From IMG/VR virus record IMGVR_UViG_3300014202_000564: a stretch of DNA of 64,000 nucleotides; one strand, given 5' to 3'. This DNA is from a virus. How positions within the stretch are numbered: position 1 is the stretch's first letter; the number at the start of each line of letters is the position of its first letter. Below are positions 28,290-37,212 of this stretch, one piece after another. Under the pieces are notes generated by a model. That model was not told where the DNA came from, made no database searches, and saw only the letters and a program-made list of their open reading frames with translations. The position numbers were made by a program, and so were the translations under genes.

Positions 28290-30071
28290 ATGCAAGAGCC
28301 GAAGTATCAACCCATAGGGTTTCCTTTGCAAATTTTCAAAGATCGATATGCATTTCTGCCTGATGAAACTTGGGGTGAAGCTTGTCAGAGGGTATCACAT
28401 CAGATGGTGATTGCAGAGTCACCAGAGAAACAGAAAGTTTATCATGAAAAATTTTATGACATCCTCTCGTCAAATTTGTTTGTGCCTGGTGGAAGGATTT
28501 GGGTCAACTCAGGTCGAACCAATCCTCAACTCTTGAACTGTTTTGTGCTGAATCCAGATAAGGATTCTAAAGAAGGGTGGGGTCGTTCTGCTTACGACAT
28601 GATTGTCACATCAATGACTGGTGGTGGTTGTGGTGATGATTTTTCGGATATTCGCCCTCGCGGTGCAACGATCAATGGTCAAAAGGGTGTTGCTCCTGGT
28701 GCGGTCGAGTTGATGCGTTTAATTGATGCATGTGCACAGCCAGTTCGAAATGGTGGGCAGCGACGGGTTGCTCTTATGTTCTCCCTTGATCTTGATCATC
28801 CAGATATCGAAGAGTTTCTTAATGCAAAACTAGTGAAGGGCGAGTTAACGCATGCCAATGTTTCTGTGAGATCTAGACACACTAAAGCATTTCTTAAGGC
28901 TATCAAAGATGATGGGGAAATTGAACTGCAATGGAAAGGTAAATATAAAAAGAACATCAAGGCAAGAAAGCTTTGGGAGACCATTGTAACAAATGCATAC
29001 AACTCCGCTGAACCTGGATTTTTAAATTGGGAGTTGGTTGAAAGTGAAAGCAACATTCATTATATTGAAAAGTTGGTCACAACTAATCCATGTGGTGAGT
29101 TGCCTCTAGCTGCAATGGAGCCATGTTGCTTGGGTCATTTGGTGCTGTCTCGTTTTGTTGATGTTAATGAGATGGATTGGGTGAAGTTGGGTGAAACTAT
29201 TAGGCTTGCAGTGAGGTTTTTAGATAATGCATTGTCGGTCAACCACTTTCCTTTACCTGAAATGAAAGTGAAGTCTAATAACCTGAGACGTATCGGACTA
29301 GGAACCACAGCATTAGCCGACACACTAGCATTGCTCGGTTATCGCTATGGGTCAGAGGATGGGAATAAGTTCATCAGTAAGTTGTACCGTTTTATTTCTA
29401 AAGCGGCATATGAAGCATCAGTATTTCTTGCAGTAGAGAAGGGTGCATTTCCTCTTTGTGATCCATCCAAGCATATTGAATCGGGGTATATGAAGAGAAT
29501 GACACCAAAGATTCGTTCATTAGTTGCGGAACATGGTATTCGTAATTGTACCCTATTGACACAAGCTCCCACCGGCACCGTATCTATTTTATCCGATAAC
29601 TGCAGCGCAGGCATAGAACCAATGTTTGCACCAGCATATGAGAGAAGGTACTGGGTTGGTGAAGAGAGAAAGACTGAATTGGTATTCCATCCCCTATTTG
29701 AACGGTTCATGCAGCAGGGTAGGTCTGTTGACCATTTCATAGGGTCGCATGATTTACAGGTTCGAGATCATCTTGAGGTTCAACGGGTGGTACAGGTTCA
29801 TATTGACTCAGCATGCTCCAAGACCATAAATATACCAGAAACCTATCCACTAGAAGAGATGGCAGCAGCATGGTTGGAGTATCTTCCCCACCTAAAGGGT
29901 ACTACATTCTATCGAGAATCGACTAGGGGGTACGTTAACGCGAAGGGTGAGGTTGAAGCTCCACCGTTGAGTCCAATCCCCCTTGATGAAGCTAAGAAGA
30001 GGTTCAAAGAAACCCATATCACTGGAACAGAGGGTGCTATGGAATGTCCAACGGGTATCTGCTCAATATAG
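28290..30071 (+). CDS. nrdJ: ribonucleotide reductase, class II-like (single chain)
   Basis: 593 aa; NPCGE thiyl-radical loop; LNCFV; C-terminal CPTGIC redox pair; no beta-subunit gene nearby. Confidence 0.8.
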   Translation: MQEPKYQPIGFPLQIFKDRYAFLPDETWGEACQRVSHQMVIAESPEKQKVYHEKFYDILSSNLFVPGGRIWVNSGRTNPQLLNCFVLNPDKDSKEGWGRSAYDMIVTSMTGGGCGDDFSDIRPRGATINGQKGVAPGAVELMRLIDACAQPVRNGGQRRVALMFSLDLDHPDIEEFLNAKLVKGELTHANVSVRSRHTKAFLKAIKDDGEIELQWKGKYKKNIKARKLWETIVTNAYNSAEPGFLNWELVESESNIHYIEKLVTTNPCGELPLAAMEPCCLGHLVLSRFVDVNEMDWVKLGETIRLAVRFLDNALSVNHFPLPEMKVKSNNLRRIGLGTTALADTLALLGYRYGSEDGNKFISKLYRFISKAAYEASVFLAVEKGAFPLCDPSKHIESGYMKRMTPKIRSLVAEHGIRNCTLLTQAPTGTVSILSDNCSAGIEPMFAPAYERRYWVGEERKTELVFHPLFERFMQQGRSVDHFIGSHDLQVRDHLEVQRVVQVHIDSACSKTINIPETYPLEEMAAAWLEYLPHLKGTTFYRESTRGYVNAKGEVEAPPLSPIPLDEAKKRFKETHITGTEGAMECPTGICSI

Positions 30072-30079
30072 GAGTGTTT

Positions 30080-30487
30080 ATGTTTAACTACCGCAGTCTT
30101 AAATCATATAAGTACCAATTGATGGATGATTATGTATTTGATATTGCTGTTTTGTTGGCAGATGAATCTGTTATTGTTCCCGATCCTGGGGTGCCTGCTA
30201 GCATTGATGGGTTTGTCCAACTAAGCTCTAGTGGTGTGTTGGTGTTTAAAAAAGGATATGCATGGAACGGAGCTAACGTTGTCATGGACACCAAAACAAT
30301 CATGAGAGCGTCCCTTGTTCATGACGGACTATATCAGTTGATCAAAGAAAAGAAGCTACCCAAAGATCCATATAGAAAGATTGCGGGCAATGCTCTTTAC
30401 CGCGTATCTAGGATCGATGAGATGGGATGGTTTAGGGCTAATTACATTTACCTAGGTGTGAGAATAGGTGGGAGATTTTTTGTATGA
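30080..30487 (+). CDS. hypothetical protein (DUF1353-like)
   Basis: ATG 30080 follows AGGAG; KKGYAWNGANV...ASLVHDGLYQL resembles the DUF1353 core (from memory). Confidence 0.4.
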   Translation: MFNYRSLKSYKYQLMDDYVFDIAVLLADESVIVPDPGVPASIDGFVQLSSSGVLVFKKGYAWNGANVVMDTKTIMRASLVHDGLYQLIKEKKLPKDPYRKIAGNALYRVSRIDEMGWFRANYIYLGVRIGGRFFV

Positions 30488-30867
30488 AACATATTCTTGT
30501 GGTTGCTCTTGCTCTTTCTTTGTCTGCATGTGGCATCATACTTCCCGCTCAATATAATGAGACAGAGTACAGGACCTTATCGGAGATTGCAACAACCGTA
30601 TCGTTGGGAACATGTGATAGGACTACATCAGAGAAGCTTGTTGCACAGACAACATTCCTCGGTCATTATACCAAGCATTCTGGTGGAATCACAAAGAACC
30701 ACCACACTCATGAGGCGGTCGTTCTTATACAGGAAATGGTTTCTGACCTACATAAGAGAGTGGAATCGGGGCAGACAATTTCCCCAACGTTTTGTAGCAT
30801 GAAACTTCAGATTATTGGTGAATCTATCGATAGTCTAAAAGAAGCTTCTGGAGGTAAAGTACGATGA
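30484..30867 (+). CDS. lipoprotein
   Basis: signal peptide with lipobox: MKHILVVALALSLSAC. Confidence 0.65.
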   Translation: MKHILVVALALSLSACGIILPAQYNETEYRTLSEIATTVSLGTCDRTTSEKLVAQTTFLGHYTKHSGGITKNHHTHEAVVLIQEMVSDLHKRVESGQTISPTFCSMKLQIIGESIDSLKEASGGKVR

Positions 30868-31121
30868 CACAGCTACGATCATTGGTTGATGATTTGCTTG
30901 GGCACAATGAGGGGAAGGTAAAATGGATTGCCGGTATGATTGGTTCAATGGAAACTTATCTCCAAGAAGGAACGTTAACCAAAGCAGAATATGATGGGAT
31001 GATGGAAGACATCGAGCGATACCGCAAGATCATTGAGTTGTCCAACGATATTCAATTGAATACTAAGATCAACCAGGCGTTATGTTTGTTAATGGAAGCT
31101 GCAAAATACGCAAAGTTTTAA
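30864..31121 (+). CDS. hypothetical protein
   Basis: 85-aa track ORF; ATGA overlap. Confidence 0.55.
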   Translation: MTQLRSLVDDLLGHNEGKVKWIAGMIGSMETYLQEGTLTKAEYDGMMEDIERYRKIIELSNDIQLNTKINQALCLLMEAAKYAKF

Positions 31122-31134
31122 CTATGAGGGATTT

Positions 31135-31578
31135 ATGACTATGACAGTAGATCAATTACGAGCAGTCCTTGCCGACACATTCCACTTATATTTTCGTGCA
31201 CATGCATTCCATTGGAATGTGACTGGTATACTGTTTCCACAGTTGCATGATTTTTTTGGAAAAATATACACAGCAACATGGGCAGAGTTGGACGGAATTG
31301 CAGAGCACATTAGAGCATGCGGTGAATTGGCGCCGGCGTCAGTTGAATCTCTCTTGCGGTTTCGTAATGTTGCACCTAATGATGCAACACCAGGAACATA
31401 TAAAGAGATGATTGAGCAGTTGGTCATGTTAAACAGAACACTTCTTGGTTCTTTGGCAGTCGCCCGCAATGCTGCAGAAGATGAAAAACAAATTGGTGTG
31501 GTCAATTATCTTGAGGGTTTGATTGATGCACATGAGAAATTAAATTGGATGCTGTCAGCTTCGCTACAGGAGATATAA
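31135..31578 (+). CDS. dps: Dps-family ferritin-like protein
   Basis: LADTFHLYFRAHAFHWNVTG..FPQLHDFF...LDGIAEHIRACGE matches the Dps ferroxidase-site helices. Confidence 0.8.
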   Translation: MTMTVDQLRAVLADTFHLYFRAHAFHWNVTGILFPQLHDFFGKIYTATWAELDGIAEHIRACGELAPASVESLLRFRNVAPNDATPGTYKEMIEQLVMLNRTLLGSLAVARNAAEDEKQIGVVNYLEGLIDAHEKLNWMLSASLQEI

Positions 31579-31748
31579 TGAAATTATCAACCACATGTGA
31601 TGTATGCGAGAATAAAGTAAAGATTGATTATGACGAGACGGTCTGTCATGTGCAGTACTGCCCGTTTTGTGGTGAAGAGATGGAGGATGAGGGTGATTAT
31701 GAAATCTTAGAAGATGGTATTGATGTACCATCAGAGGATTGGGGTTGA
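31578..31748 (+). CDS. small zinc-ribbon protein
   Basis: 56 aa from ATG 31578; CDVC...CPFC; acidic tail. Confidence 0.5.
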   Translation: MKLSTTCDVCENKVKIDYDETVCHVQYCPFCGEEMEDEGDYEILEDGIDVPSEDWG

Positions 31749-32173
31749 AGATTTTTTAGTGTCGCTTTGTGGAGCTTTAAGCTCACCCATTTATTATAGA
31801 ACTTGTCACTGAGCAGTGCTCCCCGAACTAATATTTCAAACGCTTCATAGTAGTTAGTTTCCCCCCTACTTACACATAATCTTAGAACTTCCCTTGAGAA
31901 GTTGTCTTTACCATATTTCGTTACGTCCTCTAACAGATCAGCACTCGAACCGTAATAGGTTTGCCAATCACTTTCCACCCGCATTTTCTTTTTGCGTTTT
32001 GTTTTTGTCTTCTGTTGTATTTTGGATTTGGTGAAGTATTTTCTTCCTATATATTGTTTTCCTGTTGCTCTATGGGTGATGAGGTAGACCATTCCATAAT
32101 AACCAGTCGAGTCAATGAACTCTTTTCCTTTGAAAATCCAGTGGTTAGGTGTGGTCATGATATCCCTTGACAT
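31697..32173 (-). mobile_element. free-standing GIY-YIG homing endonuclease gene (seg-like)
   Basis: minus-strand ORF of 158 aa; YYGMVYLITHRATGKQYIGRKYF is the GIY-(x10)-YIG motif; followed by a basic region. Confidence 0.75.
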
Positions 32174-32195
32174 TGAAATTGTGGTGTGTTACCCT
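32167..32195 (+). promoter_or_regulatory. sigma70-type promoter (extended -10)
   Basis: TTGACA 32167-32172, N17, TGtTACCCT with -10 at 32190-32195; overlaps the 5' end of the minus-strand GIY-YIG gene. Confidence 0.35.
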
Positions 32196-32215
32196 CTCAG
32201 TATATAGGAGAACTT

Positions 32216-32386
32216 ATGAAGACTTTGAGGTTTTTGTTTCAATGCGTTTCATTGCTGTTCGCTGCGATGATTGTTCTGATCATGTATGCCGTTGCGGTGT
32301 CGGTTGCAGTGGTCGTTTTTGTTTTTCTTGTTGCGTCCGTTCCCTTCCTTTACCTTAAAGATAAGATCAAAGGGGTATATTCATGA
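32216..32386 (+). CDS. small membrane protein
   Basis: ATG 32216 follows AGGAG; two hydrophobic spans; preferred over the alternative-frame track ORF 32167-32358. Confidence 0.5.
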   Translation: MKTLRFLFQCVSLLFAAMIVLIMYAVAVSVAVVVFVFLVASVPFLYLKDKIKGVYS

Positions 32387-32808
32387 CTAGACCTGTTGGA
32401 TATCCACCAAAAAAATGGGATGTGATTATGTTCTTTGTTGATGAACAGAACATCCAATGTGTTGAGACATTTGAGGTTGCTCCTGTTGGTGCGGTAGTGA
32501 ATGGTAACACTGTGATCGAGCAGGAGTCCACAGAGCCAATCAGTGATCGAGTTGCATGTAAGGTTGGGTTGGTTTCGGTTCGAAAAAATCTTCCATGTAT
32601 TGAGGAACCATTTACCTCACACTTCTTTGATCCATTTGTATATGCGGAACGGATGTTAAATAGCGGATTTACTGGAATCATGGTGAAGGCTGGCAGCGCA
32701 ACGTTGGATGCATTTTTCGATCTGACATATGGCATTTTGGCACACAATGTCAAACAGACTGCATCGATGGCTGTACAGAACCTATCAAAGGAATGTGAAA
32801 AGAAATAG
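32383..32808 (+). CDS. hypothetical protein
   Basis: 141-aa track ORF; ATGA overlap. Confidence 0.6.
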   Translation: MTRPVGYPPKKWDVIMFFVDEQNIQCVETFEVAPVGAVVNGNTVIEQESTEPISDRVACKVGLVSVRKNLPCIEEPFTSHFFDPFVYAERMLNSGFTGIMVKAGSATLDAFFDLTYGILAHNVKQTASMAVQNLSKECEKK

Positions 32809-32810
32809 TA

Positions 32811-32839
32811 TTGACAGATGCCCGGTGATATGTTAAAGT
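32811..32839 (+). promoter_or_regulatory. sigma70-type promoter (extended -10)
   Basis: TTGACA 32811-32816, N17, TGtTAAAGT with -10 at 32834-32839. Confidence 0.45.
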
Positions 32840-32854
32840 TTCGATACTTTAATA

Positions 32855-33208
32855 ATGGAGGGAACGATGGTCACACAAGATAAGTTGATTGAGCTATTGA
32901 AAGAGGGGGAAGTTGTTGTTTCCTTCACAAAGAAGGATGGAACTACCCGCGTCATGACGTGCACAAAGAATAAAGATCTTATGACGTTCAAGGTATCAGA
33001 ACCTACCGATAAAAAGACTACTCGAAAAGAAAACCCAAATCAAATCCGTGTATATGACCTTACCGAACAAGCATGGCGATCATTTAACTATGATACTGTG
33101 TTTGATGTCCAGATTCCAAATGCAACGGGAGTAGACCCTGTTACAAAGGCAATCGGCGGGGTGGTCGTTGCTGCAGCAATCTTATCTTTGTTGATAGGCG
33201 TATCATGA
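32855..33208 (+). CDS. hypothetical protein with C-terminal TM anchor
   Basis: 117 aa; VVSFTKKDGTTRVM...IRVYDL..AWRSFNYDTV is a small beta-rich phage domain (DUF2693-like, from memory). Confidence 0.5.
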   Translation: MEGTMVTQDKLIELLKEGEVVVSFTKKDGTTRVMTCTKNKDLMTFKVSEPTDKKTTRKENPNQIRVYDLTEQAWRSFNYDTVFDVQIPNATGVDPVTKAIGGVVVAAAILSLLIGVS

Positions 33209-33465
33209 ATACGCTCGGACTTTCTGTGATAGCATTTGTCATTTTTATCGTGGTGATAAATGTTGTTGCACTGCTACTAGTGTGCGCATGGGCTGATTCT
33301 TATGCGCGACGTTTGTATGATGCATTTATGTTCAAATCCTCAACCTCTCAGTTAAAGGAGACATATGACACAAGAAGGGTATCCTCGAACACTCAAGGGA
33401 AACCGAAATCGAAAAAGATCCGAGGCAGCGGTGCGTCAGCAAGAGTGGGCAAACCTAAGTCTTAA
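33205..33465 (+). CDS. membrane protein with basic tail
   Basis: 86-aa track ORF; N-terminal TM; overlaps the next ORF by ~100 nt. Confidence 0.45.
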   Translation: MNTLGLSVIAFVIFIVVINVVALLLVCAWADSYARRLYDAFMFKSSTSQLKETYDTRRVSSNTQGKPKSKKIRGSGASARVGKPKS

Positions 33466-33565
33466 GCAGCAGTTGGCTGAGTTGGACAAGCGCCCAGGTG
33501 AGTGTAAGAAGCAACGGGCAAAGATTGCTCGATTGATGGAGCAAGAGAAGACCAACAAGAATTAA
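33365..33565 (+). CDS. hypothetical basic protein
   Basis: 66-aa track ORF behind a strong AAGGAG RBS. Confidence 0.55.
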   Translation: MTQEGYPRTLKGNRNRKRSEAAVRQQEWANLSLKQQLAELDKRPGECKKQRAKIARLMEQEKTNKN

Positions 33566-33577
33566 TAGCAGGACATT

Positions 33578-33748
33578 ATGATACAATTGACCGGTTCATG
33601 CACAGTAAAAATACCCTCTGATTGTGTACTACAGATCGAACCTCGAACTGATGGAACCGGTCATGATCTGACAATTTTTAAAGAAGAGACTGGTGAAATA
33701 GCATTTAGTGGCACGTTCGGTATCAGTGAGTTATCATTTTTAATATGA
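33578..33748 (+). CDS. hypothetical small protein
   Basis: 56 aa, below the track cutoff; fills an otherwise empty gap. Confidence 0.35.
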   Translation: MIQLTGSCTVKIPSDCVLQIEPRTDGTGHDLTIFKEETGEIAFSGTFGISELSFLI

Positions 33749-33758
33749 TGAGGGGATT

Positions 33759-34199
33759 ATGAAATCTATTATCCTGGCATTCATTATCACACTCATTCCT
33801 CTGGTGGTCTCTGCAGAACCGATCTATTTTTGTACTGATGCAGCAGGACAAGTCACCTATACCAATAAGGAATTGGTTGGTCAATCCTGTGTATGGCATG
33901 TGCTCCCTGGTCTCTCAGTGGTCCCGAAGCGCACACTTCCCACTTCTCCCTCACATGTAGATGATGTCCATCAAGATTCATTTGATATCCAAGATCCACC
34001 CTTGGTCGAGGGTCCCAGAGAAACCCATACAATCAACCCTGTTGTGGGTCATAATGTCGCTGAACAGGTCTGTGATCTATATGGGAAGTGGCTTGATTTA
34101 AACCTTGCAACCAGAGGGGGATTGTACTATAATAAACTTACTGCACCATTGCTCACTCTTTTTGGTGGTGGGTTTATTCCGATGGAATGTAAGCGATGA
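33759..34199 (+). CDS. secreted protein (DUF4124-like N-terminus)
   Basis: signal peptide MKSIILAFIITLIPLVVSA; IYFCTDAAGQVTYTN resembles the DUF4124 motif (from memory). Confidence 0.5.
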   Translation: MKSIILAFIITLIPLVVSAEPIYFCTDAAGQVTYTNKELVGQSCVWHVLPGLSVVPKRTLPTSPSHVDDVHQDSFDIQDPPLVEGPRETHTINPVVGHNVAEQVCDLYGKWLDLNLATRGGLYYNKLTAPLLTLFGGGFIPMECKR

Positions 34200-34378
34200 A
34201 CACCAATCCCAATAACACAGTCTATCGTATAGACTCCTTGCCGTTCATTAAGCAGGTCGAGTGTCCACATACACAAACAGAACGGCGAGGTCAATCTTCC
34301 TATGGATCATATTACACATGGAATGTGTGCTTGGCTTGTGGGTATGAGTCCAACTATCATTGCCAGGAAGGTTGGTAA
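34196..34378 (+). CDS. small Cys-containing protein
   Basis: 60-aa track ORF; ATGA overlap. Confidence 0.5.
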   Translation: MNTNPNNTVYRIDSLPFIKQVECPHTQTERRGQSSYGSYYTWNVCLACGYESNYHCQEGW

Positions 34379-35058
34379 TGGCAAATCTTCCACCCAGCGG
34401 TACTATCATACATTGTCCACACTGTGGATCTGATGACCTTACTGAAAAACAAACAGACCCTCATGTTTTGTTGGGTATTCTATATCGGCATATGATGTGC
34501 CACAGATGCTTTGATGATTTCCCTGTTCCCATAGGTCCAGCGCATGTGTTTACATTCAATGAGCTTCTAACGAGGAACCATTTCAATTTTACTCACACAC
34601 CAACTAAAGCAGCAGATACCATTCGATGGAAGGGGTCGGATCGTAACATGATGTTTGATGCTCCTACTCGGCATGATATGGACAACATGATGAGTCTAAC
34701 TCATACCTTGATGGATGCGACACTGGAGGAGAATAGTGAAGTGGCAGAACAGGTGAGAAACCTCATTCGTAAGACGACTCCCTCATTTGCAGATGGCATC
34801 AAACCGGAAAGAATAGGTCGGAATTTATTGCTTACTGTGATTCTTCCCAAAGAAGTTACAGCATACCGAAGTCGGTTCATTCATGTTGAGCGACCTACTT
34901 TGCAGGATACTATTACGCTTGCGCTTTTGGGTCCACCCGCTAAGAAGATTGAAGACCCTCGGCTTGCATGGGATGATCATATCAAGGGGGATCAGGTGTT
35001 ACATAAGGAATATGTCTGTCACCGTGTGTATGGTACCGTCTATGAGGCACAACCATGA
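34378..35058 (+). CDS. hypothetical protein with N-terminal zinc ribbon
   Basis: ATG 34378 (TAATG overlap); CPHCGS...CHRC. Confidence 0.55.
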   Translation: MANLPPSGTIIHCPHCGSDDLTEKQTDPHVLLGILYRHMMCHRCFDDFPVPIGPAHVFTFNELLTRNHFNFTHTPTKAADTIRWKGSDRNMMFDAPTRHDMDNMMSLTHTLMDATLEENSEVAEQVRNLIRKTTPSFADGIKPERIGRNLLLTVILPKEVTAYRSRFIHVERPTLQDTITLALLGPPAKKIEDPRLAWDDHIKGDQVLHKEYVCHRVYGTVYEAQP

Positions 35059-35732
35059 GAGAGTTTTACACTGTGTTTCCTGTTCTTCTTGAGCAGGATA
35101 TTCGAGATGAGGATCATATTATTGATGAAGCGGGTCAGACATTCTATAATCTGACGCCGTACATTTCATCCAGTGATCTTGCGTCCTGGACCGCGTTTCT
35201 TGCTGATGTGCCGCCTTGTGATCCGATTGATGGTCCCTGGATCATGGGTGGCGCAGTCCGTCGATTCCTACAGGGACAGCCGCAAGATGCCGATATTGAT
35301 CTATTCTTTGATAGCAGCGCACAGTATGACCTGTATCATCGTCTTATGGTTCATATGGGTCATGGTCTGCTTGCACACACAGAGCATCATACGATGTTTG
35401 AGGTTCGTTCCGCACAGTCTATCAAGAAGGTTCAGCTTGTCACAACTCGCTATCGAGAGTCACTGATTGATCATATGAATGCATTTGATTATACGCTGTG
35501 TCAAACCGGATGGGATGGTGAACGAGTGATAGCATCCTACCATGCGCTGATTGATATTGTTGATCAGAAGCTTAATTTGGCATCGACTACCCTTCATGAC
35601 CTACCCTCGTCCTGGTTTCGAATCCTCAAGTATGCACAGCAGGGCTACCACCCTTCACAGAAAACGATCAATTATTTTATGCAGCATGCACATGAAGTCA
35701 CCAGCACCATTGATCAAGTCAAAACCTATTAG
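35055..35732 (+). CDS. Pol-beta-superfamily nucleotidyltransferase (CCA-adding / poly(A) polymerase head-like)
   Basis: IMGGAVRRFLQGQPQDADIDLFF matches the GGxVRDxLLGxxxxDxD head-domain motif. Confidence 0.45.
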   Translation: MREFYTVFPVLLEQDIRDEDHIIDEAGQTFYNLTPYISSSDLASWTAFLADVPPCDPIDGPWIMGGAVRRFLQGQPQDADIDLFFDSSAQYDLYHRLMVHMGHGLLAHTEHHTMFEVRSAQSIKKVQLVTTRYRESLIDHMNAFDYTLCQTGWDGERVIASYHALIDIVDQKLNLASTTLHDLPSSWFRILKYAQQGYHPSQKTINYFMQHAHEVTSTIDQVKTY

Positions 35733-35744
35733 AAAGGAACGAAC

Positions 35745-36008
35745 ATGGAAGGTAACAGCTATGAGTACCCTGCATTTGATCCAGACCTTATGAAGATCTT
35801 TATGGGATGTTTGCTCTATAAGCTTGGTGGTGAGATCAAGATTACCCCTGAAGAGATTGACGAGATCAAGAAGAGTATTGGAGGTTTCCAGGTTCTTCTC
35901 ACAGCGGATGATGCCATTGTGTTGAAGATTAAGACTCCCGAAGCGTATCAAGAGACACTAGAAGCATTGAGAAAGCTTGAGCTGGAGGGGAATGATGCGA
36001 CTCAGTAA
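35745..36008 (+). CDS. hypothetical protein
   Basis: 87-aa track ORF. Confidence 0.55.
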   Translation: MEGNSYEYPAFDPDLMKIFMGCLLYKLGGEIKITPEEIDEIKKSIGGFQVLLTADDAIVLKIKTPEAYQETLEALRKLELEGNDATQ

Positions 36009-36174
36009 GATCCTTGCATGGGGGTTTCTGATTACCCTTACTCTGTTTGTGTCGGGTGTCTTTCTTACTGCTATTGTCGTTTCGATGGGATGGATGCCAA
36101 TTTTGGGAGTATTAGGACTTCTTGGTATTGGTATCCTTACTAATTATTGTCTCCATGTGGTCTCAAGACCCTGA
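35992..36174 (+). CDS. small membrane protein
   Basis: ATG 35992; two TM spans; last gene before the repeat region. Confidence 0.5.
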   Translation: MMRLSKILAWGFLITLTLFVSGVFLTAIVVSMGWMPILGVLGLLGIGILTNYCLHVVSRP

Positions 36175-36357
36175 AAATGGGGTATCTGCCAGAATAGAAT
36201 GATAGGTGTGGTATCGAGTGGGGGATTGTGGTAGATGGTGGGAGAGTGTGTGCCAAAATAATCGATGAAACAGTGAATATGACACTTTTTGGTAACATGG
36301 GGGTAGAAGCGTAAAATAGGGGGGGTCGGTGTACATGATGGTTGGGCTTGAGGGTTT

Positions 36358-36487
36358 GTTCATTTTTGTACGCCATGTTAACGGTGTGTTCAATTTTGTC
36401 CATGTTCACTATTGTTCATAGTGTTCATTTTGGCACAGTTCGTTTTTGTACATGTTCAATTCTGTGCATTAGTGTTCATTTTTGTAC
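36358..36487 (+). repeat. iteron-like direct repeat array (GTTCAnTTTTGTAC)
   Basis: full units at 36358, 36388, 36423, 36438, 36454, 36474; partial units at 36404 and 36414; lies in a 430-nt ORF-free gap. Confidence 0.7.
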
Positions 36488-36553
36488 ATGATACCAGGTA
36501 CATGGCTTGCATGTTGAGTTTGTGTGATTTATGAGACCTTACGTAGTATCACC

Positions 36554-36573
36554 ATGTATCCAATCAGATACAT
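36554..36573 (+). repeat. palindromic hairpin, variant of the cassette hairpin
   Basis: ATGTATC-CAATCA-GATACAT. Confidence 0.5.
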
Positions 36574-36610
36574 GAGTATTTTCACCATGTTATAGAAAGG
36601 AACTGTGAAC

Positions 36611-36871
36611 ATGGAAGCAACAGAATTGTTTGTCATACCTGGCATCTATGGTGTACCTGGTGTCAAGCGTATGTGGTATGACATAGGAGAGCGCACTTTT
36701 CATTTTATATTTGACAACACTGCAAGTGAATATGTAGCGACCGCAGAATACCTGTTACTCATGTCGGATGATGATCCACATTTTGACGGTGTTGGGGTTG
36801 GGGGTCGAGAAAAAATAAAAGAGTTTGTCAAGAGAATTCATACTTCCAGTAGCCTTGACACCATGCACTGA
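36611..36871 (+). CDS. hypothetical protein
   Basis: track ORF 36605 (GTG); ATG 36611. Confidence 0.5.
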   Translation: MEATELFVIPGIYGVPGVKRMWYDIGERTFHFIFDNTASEYVATAEYLLLMSDDDPHFDGVGVGGREKIKEFVKRIHTSSSLDTMH

Positions 36872-37049
36872 GATATGGTATCATGATATTGTAGAAAGAT
36901 ATTCTGTCATAGGCGGTGTGGATGGACACACTTGCATAGTGATGGGAAGCCGTAAAACTCGGCGGGTAACGGTCATGCAGAGACACCATCGAACCAGAAT
37001 CAAGCCTGGTCCTATGACATCATGGAGGACCCATGACACCAGATATTGA
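36825..37049 (+). CDS. hypothetical protein (weak)
   Basis: 74-aa track ORF overlapping both neighbours; no RBS seen. Confidence 0.3.
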   Translation: MSREFILPVALTPCTEIWYHDIVERYSVIGGVDGHTCIVMGSRKTRRVTVMQRHHRTRIKPGPMTSWRTHDTRY

Positions 37050-37212
37050 GTATATTGAATCCTTGCGCGAGCAAGCAAAAGACTTTACGATGGTGGCATT
37101 CTATGATAATATGTTACTGCGAATGAGGTATTCGCATATTAAGATGCTCGATGTATTCATGAGTACCATGCAACGGGGTCAATGGGTTTCTATTGAGGAG
37201 TACCATCCATGA
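37033..37212 (+). CDS. hypothetical small protein
   Basis: 59 aa, just below the track cutoff; stop overlaps the next ATG (ATGA). Confidence 0.45.
   Translation: MTPDIEYIESLREQAKDFTMVAFYDNMLLRMRYSHIKMLDVFMSTMQRGQWVSIEEYHP

Noticed and set aside
31578-32216. Group I intron carrying the GIY-YIG ORF
   Set aside because: The flanking ORFs are complete, unrelated genes. There are no split exons and no P1-P9-like conserved elements that I could see.
36358-36487. CRISPR array
   Set aside because: The units are only 14 nt, degenerate and separated by 2-16 nt, not by unique 30-40 nt spacers. There are no cas genes.
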